NCBI GenBank assembly: GCA_964539645.1
Contig: CAZIJV010000030.1
Span: forward strand, 3,200-35,199
DNA length: 32,000 bases
DNA from: an uncultured Syntrophobacter sp.
GTDB taxonomy: Bacteria; Desulfobacterota; Syntrophobacteria; Syntrophobacterales; Syntrophobacteraceae
Direction: 5' to 3'
Part shown: positions 16,975-22,502 of the stretch, piece by piece
How the letters are laid out: every line of letters starts with the position of its first letter
Position numbering within the stretch: position 1 is the first letter of the stretch
Translations under genes and position numbers: made by a program
The notes under the pieces: generated by a model
Seen by the model: the letters and a program-made list of their open reading frames with translations, nothing else
Databases searched by the model: none
What the model was told of the DNA's origin: nothing

Positions 16975-17571
16975 TCAGGCTGGATTGGCAGCCATCCAGG
17001 TTTCAATGTCTCGAATCAAGGCGTTCATGAGCTTTTTGGCGGCTTTGGATTTGCCTTCAACCGCGTTTGTCGTCACAGTCTCCCAATACGAGGCGCCCTC
17101 ATGGGAGTCAATGTGGTATGTATTCCCGTACACTTTTTCCTTCGCTCTTATCTCAATGGCAACATCCAGGGTATATCGCTGGTTGCCGGGAAAATGATGG
17201 GTTTGGGCAAACAGGATTCGGATCCTCAAGTCAGGATCAGTATTTTGCTCAGGAGCCGCCACTCTCAGCAATCCAAGCCTATTCAGTTCATTTGCCAATG
17301 ATGAAATGAAAATCTTCTGGTCTGCCTTGCCAAAGTGCAATTCAGGGTACGGTCCGGAGGAAATCGGAACGGCAAGAACGGTGCTTCCGGCGATGATTGG
17401 CATCATCCCGACTCCGCTTGATCCGCCCACCGCCCCTCCGAGCAGCTCAATGGTCGCCGTCTTTGAAGATGTCACCAGCACGGGTTTGTCGTATGATGGA
17501 GGCGCCAGCCGGAGATCTCTGGCGCAGCCGGTCGACATTGCAATGCAGATCAAAAGCGGTATTATTTTCAT
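16975..17571 (-). CDS. Putative lipoprotein (198 aa)
   Basis: I chose the internal ATG at 17571, which gives MKIIPLLICIAMSTGC. This is a signal peptide with a lipobox-like STGC cysteine. I recognised no family for the mature part. Confidence 0.6.
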   Translation of the reverse strand: MKIIPLLICIAMSTGCARDLRLAPPSYDKPVLVTSSKTATIELLGGAVGGSSGVGMMPIIAGSTVLAVPISSGPYPELHFGKADQKIFISSLANELNRLGLLRVAAPEQNTDPDLRIRILFAQTHHFPGNQRYTLDVAIEIRAKEKVYGNTYHIDSHEGASYWETVTTNAVEGKSKAAKKLMNALIRDIETWMAANPA

Positions 17572-17662
17572 GGTATTCTTCCGACTATGTAGCTGATTTG
17601 AGGTTCGCGGATCTTTGCTGAGCTGAGTTCTACCCCAGTAATGGCTCAACGGCAAGCATCAA

Positions 17663-18230
17663 TCGCGGGCGGCCCCGGCAACGGGGACTATGTTGCCGGG
17701 GCCCGAAGGACAAGGGGAATGAGCAATTGTCAATCATTCCGTTGTCCCTCTTGTCTCCGGCACGGGCAACAAAACCCGCTGCCAGTCTCACCCGTGGGAG
17801 ACATTTCCAGGGCCGGGCTGTACCGCTGCCTGATAAGGACAAGATGCCGATCTAGGATATAAAAGGAAGCATCATCTGTCATTGCGTGCGTTACGGACAT
17901 TTTATGCGCCGTTAGCAATGGCGCGTGGTGGCTGCCCCGGAGGCGCATGTCGCCCGATGACACGAGGCACAGGTAGTGCGAAAACCAAGGGATCTAGAAA
18001 GCTGAATGGCGCCTAAGGCCAAAGGCAAAAAATGGATATCCTGAAAAGGTTGAATCCTGAGCTTTTGAAGGAGCGGCTTCCAACCTCTCCGACAAGGCAG
18101 TTCGTGAAGCCCGGATAAGCATTATTTGGCATCGGCCTAAGTGTAAGAATTCAGAACTGCGCTTGGGTCTGAGCTGTAATGGTATGATCTAAATCTTTTG
18201 AGCAAAAAGACAGATCCATAGGAGAGATAC
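17663..18230 (+). pseudogene. Copy B: non-functional remnant of an oxidoreductase 3' end (last ~75 codons) plus its downstream tail
   Basis: The translation IAGGPGNGDYVAG...PVGDISRAGLYRCLIR aligns to the gene's IAHTTGRDYEVHV...LVGDISRAGLYRCLIRD. There is a 42-nt exact match to 13657-13698. The tail blocks are shared with 13780-13978. A roughly 124-nt extra segment (18018-18141) is absent from copy A. The remnant has no start codon and no upstream gene body. Confidence 0.75.
17747..17796. repeat. Hairpin element, degenerate copy (B)
   Basis: CCCTCTTGTCTCCGGCACGGGCAACAAAACCCGCTGCCAGTCTCACCCGT aligns to the elements at 21245-21296 and 22206-22256. The stem is eroded in this copy. Confidence 0.6.
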
Positions 18231-18327
18231 AGAAATCAGTTCATCTGATTAGTTGCCGAATGTGTCGAGAGTAGCCCCCTACTCCTTACCCTGTCCTTGG
18301 ATTAGTGGTGAATTGATGGCGGTTCGG

Positions 18328-19467
18328 TTACTTCTTGCGGCCATTTCTCCCGCTTAATTTTGCCCAGCTGTAACGGACTGGGTCCAGCGCAAGAAGATGG
18401 TTGCATAAATCTATTTTCTTGGTTTTTTCGGCCCGCATGAAAATGCTACGCAATTCATCATCCACTGACTCTTCGGTAAAACCTCGTTCGACAGCTTTTT
18501 CATACCAGGTTCGTCCCAGTTCATGATTACCGATTTCATAATTCACAGCACCCAACAGCGTGCAGGGACGGAAATCCTGCGGCGTTAGCAGGTGAGCTTG
18601 CTCGCCCAGACTTAATGCATCATCTAATTTCCCCAAATCTCTTTTCGCACCGCCATGCGTCGTGCAAATCGCGGACTTCAGCTTCACATTCTTTAAACCA
18701 GACAAATGAATCATACTTAACATCGTATCCGCAGTCTTCGATTCCCCGCACTTGCGATAATGGCTGCTTGCGTTGACTGCAAACCAATGATCTTTGGATT
18801 TTTCAAACTCACCTGCATAATAATCGGCCTCGTTCCTATGGTAGCGTTTTCTTAATGCGGGAGTGCAATAATCTTTACCTTCTGTCTTAAGCCAAACAAC
18901 CTCATCCTCGGATAGCCGAACCCTATTATCCACGCGTCTCAGAATTTTCATGAGAGTTGGAAAGTGGTACCTTTCGATAAAATCATACAGGTCATATTTG
19001 TGCCTCAGCTCTATTTGCAACAATCTTGCTATATTTCTTGGATCATTATCGAAAGCACGCTTTTCTGCTGCCCATCGTTCTTGTATTTGCCTTTGTCTAG
19101 CTTGCATGACCTCATCTTTCAACTTCTGCTCGGCTTGTTCTTTAAGAGCCCTGGCCTCAGCAGCAAGACAACGCTCGGATTGCTCTGATTTTGCCTCCTT
19201 CAAAAAATTTGAAAAGGTGAATTTTCCTCTTGCGTAACTGAGGAGTGCCAGAAGCCCCTTGTTGTGTAAGAATTCTAGGGCTGCACCAGAGATCCGATCT
19301 CCCAAGTCCAACTGCTTCAGTATATTGGACAGGCGGCTAAAAGGGATTAACGCGCCAGGCAGATCGTCAACACAATACTTGATTGCCGCTTCGGCAGGTG
19401 AGAGTTCCGTTGATGAAACGTTTAGCTTCTGAGGACCATCGTCGCGATCTCTGGTTTGGTTTCTCAT
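18328..19467 (-). CDS. Hypothetical protein with a central coiled-coil and a C-terminal TPR/Sel1-like helical repeat region (379 aa)
   Basis: The ORF is long and sits in an AT-rich block. The charged heptad-like stretch is EARALKEQAEQKLKDEVMQARQRQIQERWAAEKRAF. C-terminal helical repeats are present (...NHELGRTWYEKAVERGF...). I recognised no catalytic motif. Confidence 0.6.
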   Translation of the reverse strand: MRNQTRDRDDGPQKLNVSSTELSPAEAAIKYCVDDLPGALIPFSRLSNILKQLDLGDRISGAALEFLHNKGLLALLSYARGKFTFSNFLKEAKSEQSERCLAAEARALKEQAEQKLKDEVMQARQRQIQERWAAEKRAFDNDPRNIARLLQIELRHKYDLYDFIERYHFPTLMKILRRVDNRVRLSEDEVVWLKTEGKDYCTPALRKRYHRNEADYYAGEFEKSKDHWFAVNASSHYRKCGESKTADTMLSMIHLSGLKNVKLKSAICTTHGGAKRDLGKLDDALSLGEQAHLLTPQDFRPCTLLGAVNYEIGNHELGRTWYEKAVERGFTEESVDDELRSIFMRAEKTKKIDLCNHLLALDPVRYSWAKLSGRNGRKK

Positions 19468-19693
19468 ATAAGACTTTCGATCAGATCGTCGTCAATCAAT
19501 CAGTGCAATGCAGATGCGATTCTTCAGCCGGAACAGGTAGGGCTGGTCTGTTGGAGCTTGATGAGGACCAACTTTTCCCATCGTCCTGATTTCGCAATTT
19601 TATTTTATGCCTAAGGTCTCTACAAGGATATTCGGTCAAGTGTGAGCATAAGATGAACAGAAACCGTTAACCTTCTGATTTTTATCTTCTTTG

Positions 19694-19891
19694 TCACTGA
19701 AAGGCGCCAAGCCCTTTAAAATCCTGCCAAGAATCTCTGATGTTGCTATACCTTGTCAATAACTGAATTCCGAAATGACTCTTGTGATAGAGGTAATCTT
19801 CTCCGCTCTCATCGACAATTCTCAGGAGATCATCGGTTGCTGCCGCCTCATCCGGGATGATTTCGTATATCTTTCTCAAAATCAAACTCAA
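19694..19891 (-). CDS. Small hypothetical protein (65 aa) with an IPDE...VDESGEDYLY motif
   Basis: The core KIYEIIPDEAAATDDLLRIVDESGEDYLYHKSHF resembles a widespread family of small (~60-aa) uncharacterised proteins that I remember but cannot name. The only start is a TTG immediately after a stop codon, so the N-terminus may be truncated. Confidence 0.35.
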   Translation of the reverse strand: MSLILRKIYEIIPDEAAATDDLLRIVDESGEDYLYHKSHFGIQLLTRYSNIRDSWQDFKGLGAFQ

Positions 19892-20048
19892 CTAACCTGA
19901 TGTTTCCATTGGGCAGTCGTACATGGACTCTCAACCACTCAGCGTTACCTCTGAAAAATCAGCGACACAAAGGCCACCAGGAGGATAGTGAATCCATACG
20001 GTTAAGCACGAGTTTTCGAGACGGGGAGAACCAAAGTCTCCGCGTCGA

Positions 20049-20447
20049 ATGCGCTTATTTGTGGATCAACTGAAGATCTGCGAGGGTGAAGATCCGGAGC
20101 ATCTCTTTGGGCCGGAATTGCTTCCCCTCATTGTAATGCGCCTGCCTTCCAATCCCGGCAGAGTCATGCTAAATTGGATAGAAGATGGTAGTGATGCATC
20201 CGATTTGGAGGCCTTCATGAGAAAAGAGAGAATAGAGTACGGCTCATCAGTTGATGCTCTGGTTGTCGTGGCTAAGCGCCTGAGCGTTTACGAAAATCGA
20301 TACGGAATGACTTCTGAAGATTTCTATGACAAATACCGGAGAGGCCGGATAGAGGATTCGGTAGATTTCGTCGAATGGGCCAACGAGTACCAACACTTTG
20401 TGACCATTCGGCTCGAAATAGAGAAGCACATTAGCCATGTTGCCTGA
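20049..20447 (+). CDS. Hypothetical protein, possible antitoxin-like partner of the downstream truncated toxin remnant
   Basis: The ORF is 132 aa. Its C-terminal part (RLSVYENRYGMTSEDFYDKYRRGRIEDSVDFVEWANEYQ) resembles small helical proteins found upstream of DUF6516-type genes. Its stop TGA overlaps the ATG of the next ORF (TGATG). The true start may be an internal Met. Confidence 0.45.
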   Translation: MRLFVDQLKICEGEDPEHLFGPELLPLIVMRLPSNPGRVMLNWIEDGSDASDLEAFMRKERIEYGSSVDALVVVAKRLSVYENRYGMTSEDFYDKYRRGRIEDSVDFVEWANEYQHFVTIRLEIEKHISHVA

Positions 20448-20614
20448 TGCACTGCGCGATATTCCGCTACGATAACACTCCACACTTTTCCGGGTTGGAG
20501 CATTTCCCTCACCATAAACATTCGGAGAGGGGAGTCACGGACTGCGAAAGGCCATCCATTCCTGAAGTAGTCGAAGAGACAAGGCGGTATTCCGACGGAA
20601 AGCTTATGGTGTGA
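20447..20614 (+). pseudogene. Truncated DUF6516/TumE-like toxin remnant (55 codons, C-terminal half only)
   Basis: My hand translation from ATG 20447 is MHCAIFRYDNTPHFSGLEHFPHHKHSERGVTDCERPSIPEVVEETRRYSDGKLMV*. The RYDNxPH...FPHHKH signature is what I remember for the DUF6516 (TumE) family. Those proteins are normally about twice this length, so the N-terminal half appears to be missing. Confidence 0.55.
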
Positions 20615-20769
20615 GGTGTTTGACTCCTGTTGATCTCAGTGCTTTGTCGGCTGGACAACACCCGTCAAGTTCAGCGAGAGTCAGCTTTACCTGCCGGAAC
20701 CGGGAATTCCGAGGAAGCGAAAAACCTTCGCAATGATTCGGGAATGGAGTCTATCCACCAGCCAAAGGA

Positions 20770-21063
20770 TCAGGGGGAATCATCCTCGAAGGTTGTACCG
20801 AGGGACAGACCGGCCTGTTTTATCGTATCCTTGATAACACTTAACGATATATTGGTCAGATATGCATACTTAGCTGCCAGGCCCAGTAGTGTTGACCTGG
20901 ACTCCTGACGTGTGCCTCTGGACTTTCGATTTGCCTCGGCATCTTGAGCACGATGTATTTTGACCATAAGACACGCCAGTTCGTACAGGTCGTTCTCATA
21001 TAGGACCGAGATGCCTATGAGGGCGCTTGCCTTTATTCTCTCGTCATGATGTGGCGTCTTCAT
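20770..21063 (-). CDS. Hypothetical protein (97 aa)
   Basis: This is an ORF only. The C-terminal LLGLAAKYAYLTNISLSVIKDTIKQAG is vaguely helix-turn-helix-like. It competes with the overlapping plus-strand ORF 20630-20908. Confidence 0.3.
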   Translation of the reverse strand: MKTPHHDERIKASALIGISVLYENDLYELACLMVKIHRAQDAEANRKSRGTRQESRSTLLGLAAKYAYLTNISLSVIKDTIKQAGLSLGTTFEDDSP

Positions 21064-21173
21064 GTTATCAGATATGATCCCCTATGTGTGCTGTTCAGGA
21101 TTGGTAATTCCTCCGACTCATGCAGACCGAATGCCCGGCAAGCGGGCTGCGCCAGGCGCTCCGAGTTCGCACG

Positions 21174-21355
21174 TCGCGGGCGCCCGGGCAGCGGCTATTG
21201 GCTGTCTGTGTCCGAAGGACAGAGGATGTTTCCACAACTGCCAACCCCTCTTGCTTCCGCACGGGCAACGGAAAAGCCGTTGCCCGTGTCACCCGTTGAC
21301 ATTGCTTTCCAGCGAAGGTATGTTTTCATTGTGCCTCAATTTCCGACAAGGAGGA
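21174..21355 (+). repeat. Copy D: partial degenerate copy of the oxidoreductase 3'-end segment, including the best-preserved hairpin element
   Basis: 21174-21260 aligns to 17663-17761 (TCGCGGGCG..CCCGAAGGACA..CCCTCTTGCTTCCGCACGGGCAAC). 21289-21355 aligns loosely to 13657-13713 (TCACCCGTTGACATTGCTTTCCAGCGAAGG versus GTGGGAGACATTTCCAGGGCCGGG). The copy ends exactly where the antitoxin gene starts. Confidence 0.55.
21245..21296. repeat. Hairpin element, best copy (D): 12-bp perfect stem
   Basis: CACGGGCAACGG (21260-21271) and CCGTTGCCCGTG (21277-21288) are exact reverse complements, with loop AAAAG. The flanks CCCCTCTTGCTTCCG and TCACCCGT are shared with the other copies. Confidence 0.8.
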
Positions 21356-21358
21356 CCC

Positions 21359-21574
21359 ATGACCGAACTGCTCAAGAAAGCTTTTGAGGCTATCTCAAAG
21401 CTTCCCCCGGAGAGCCAGGATGCCATAGCGGCAAGAATGCTCATGGAATTGGAGGATGAAAGCCGCTGGGATAAAGCCTTTGCCGGATCACAGGACAAGT
21501 TGGCGCGGATGGCTGATGAGGCCATAGCTGAGTTCAAGGTCGGTAAAACAATTCCCCTTGAAGACATCTTATGA
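21359..21574 (+). CDS. Type II antitoxin, ParD/RelB-like addiction-module antidote (71 aa)
   Basis: MTELLKKAFEAISKLPPESQDAIAARMLMELEDESRWDKAFAGSQDKLARMADEAIAEFKVGKTIPL matches the common KLPxExQDxIAxxxLxELEDExxWDxxFxxSQDKLxxLAxEA antitoxin pattern found upstream of RelE/ParE toxins. AAGGAGGA lies at 21348-21355. The stop overlaps the next ATG (ATGA). Confidence 0.75.
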   Translation: MTELLKKAFEAISKLPPESQDAIAARMLMELEDESRWDKAFAGSQDKLARMADEAIAEFKVGKTIPLEDIL

Positions 21575-21720
21575 TTTCGAGTGTAACCTCCGGATTTCGG
21601 AAAGTTTATCGACATAATCCTCTCTCAACTTTAAAATGCCCTCTGGCGCCCTGGCCTATCCTTACAGACAAAAGCCTGTCAAATGAGCGGCTACTTCAAA
21701 TCCGGCAGTTCGTCCCGTGA
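21571..21720 (+). pseudogene. Truncated RelE/ParE-like toxin remnant (49 codons)
   Basis: The hand translation is MISSVTSGFRKVYRHNPLSTLKCPLAPWPILTDKSLSNERLLQIRQFVP*. Only the first ~15 residues (SGFRKVYRH) resemble a RelE/ParE N-terminus (F-R/K-K-x-Y-K/R-K/H-L). The rest is unrelated and overlaps the 3' end of the convergent gene at 21691-21900. Confidence 0.4.
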
Positions 21721-21900
21721 GAGTAGCAACTTCATGCTCCGGGGTTCATTGGGCTTCTTCGCTATGAATCCCTTCTTATCGAGCTGAACGACCATATTGC
21801 GTACACTGGGCGGCGTAGTATGAAAATAGCTCTGTATGTCAGCTTCGACCGGCGGCCGGCAGTCATCCCTTGTGCCTGCTACATTCGGTAATATGATCAT
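21691..21900 (-). CDS. LexA/MarR-like winged-helix DNA-binding protein fragment (69 aa), possibly frameshifted
   Basis: RPPVEADIQSYFHTTPPSVRNMVVQLDKKGFIAKKPNEPRSMKLLLSRDELPDLK matches the GRPPAEADIQxYFxVTPPSVHxMxxxLExKGxIxRxPGxxRSIxLL pattern of small LexA-N-terminal-like regulators. The usual N-terminal helix is missing in this frame. Confidence 0.5.
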   Translation of the reverse strand: MIILPNVAGTRDDCRPPVEADIQSYFHTTPPSVRNMVVQLDKKGFIAKKPNEPRSMKLLLSRDELPDLK

Positions 21901-22195
21901 TGTTTATGAGGTGCTGCACTTCCTTCCTGTCTTTAAAGATGCTGATGTGCGGTATCTTATGTTTGGTTCTTTTCCAGCGGCTCATTTTTTCGAAGTCCAT
22001 CAGGATAGTTTTGCCCGTCGTATCGTCATCAACGATGAATATGGGCCGTCCACTCCATTTTATGCCGGGAAACAAGCTGTGGTCCTGAAGAGGATGCTGG
22101 GAAGGAAGAATTTCTTTAATCTGAGCAAGCAAATCGTCTATATATTCAGACCACACCATTTCCCATGGCCACTTGATCTCAAGAATGTCTTTCAT
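21863..22195 (-). CDS. Hypothetical protein (110 aa), overlapping the wHTH ORF by 38 nt in another frame
   Basis: I chose the internal ATG at 22195 because the longer ORF (to 22336) would read through hairpin element E. The C-terminal KEVQHLINNDHIT resembles the KQGQYLAFIYNYT helix expected upstream of the wHTH fragment. This suggests one gene split by a frameshift. Confidence 0.4.
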   Translation of the reverse strand: MKDILEIKWPWEMVWSEYIDDLLAQIKEILPSQHPLQDHSLFPGIKWSGRPIFIVDDDTTGKTILMDFEKMSRWKRTKHKIPHISIFKDRKEVQHLINNDHITECSRHKG

Positions 22196-22205
22196 AAATG
22201 CCCAA

Positions 22206-22256
22206 TCCCCCCTGCCGCCGCACGGGCAACGAAAAAGCCGTTGCCCGTGCCACCCT
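22206..22256. repeat. Hairpin element copy (E): 11-bp perfect stem
   Basis: CACGGGCAACG (22221-22231) and CGTTGCCCGTG (22239-22249) are exact reverse complements. The flanks CCCCCCTGCCGCCG and CCACCC are similar to those of copy D. Confidence 0.75.
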
Positions 22257-22361
22257 TCAGGATGCAGCCACTTCCATAAATGCATAGTGTATATTGATTC
22301 GAGCCGAAATAGCAACTTTGTTGCTGCTCCCTCCATCCGTGTCCATCACCGTTCATCCGTG

Positions 22362-22490
22362 TCTTGAAATTGCCTTGCTGTACGACAATCATATCCAAAA
22401 CCACCGGCTTTTCATGTGCAGTCAGCAACGGTCCCTGACGCAGACCCTGCCGGGGGGGCGCATACCACGGAATGATCCGAATCAGGGACT
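22362..22490 (+). repeat. Copy C: degenerate copy of the distal part of the oxidoreductase 3' end (last ~20 codons, stop, and about 60 nt of tail)
   Basis: CTTGAAATTGCCTTGCTGTACGACAATCATATCCAAAACCACCGGCTTTTCATGTGCAGTCAGCAACGGTCCCTGACGCAGACCCTGCCGGGGGGGCGCATACCACGGAATGATCCGAATCAGG aligns to 13716-13836. At protein level, EIALLYDNHIQNHRLFMCS aligns to SIKSNIIDHTLHYGHFMCR. GGCGCATACCAC is shared. Confidence 0.65.
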
Positions 22491-22502
22491 GTTTTTCCGT
22501 CT

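Noticed and set aside
17641-17862. ORFs 17641-17862 (+), 17730-17963 (-), 22294-22578 (+) and 22192-22428 (-) as genes.
   Set aside because: They are translations of the degenerate oxidoreductase 3'-end copies (GDISRAGLYRCLIR, LTAHKM... and similar), not independent genes.
17747-22256. Interpreting the hairpin elements as integron attC sites, and the tract as an integron cassette array or a CALIN.
   Set aside because: The stems are short perfect palindromes without the R''/L''-L'/R' architecture. GGGCAAC and GTTGCCC do not fit RYYYAAC and GTTRRRY. No extrahelical bases are evident. Cargo genes are in mixed orientation, and no intI is present. A formal attC covariance-model scan (IntegronFinder) would settle the question.
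13980-22500. An integrase, transposase or phage structural gene that would explain the accessory tract.
   Set aside because: I looked through all six-frame ORFs of at least 60 aa, plus hand-translated gaps. None shows tyrosine-recombinase (R..HxxR..Y), serine-recombinase or DDE signatures. The absence is reported, not explained.
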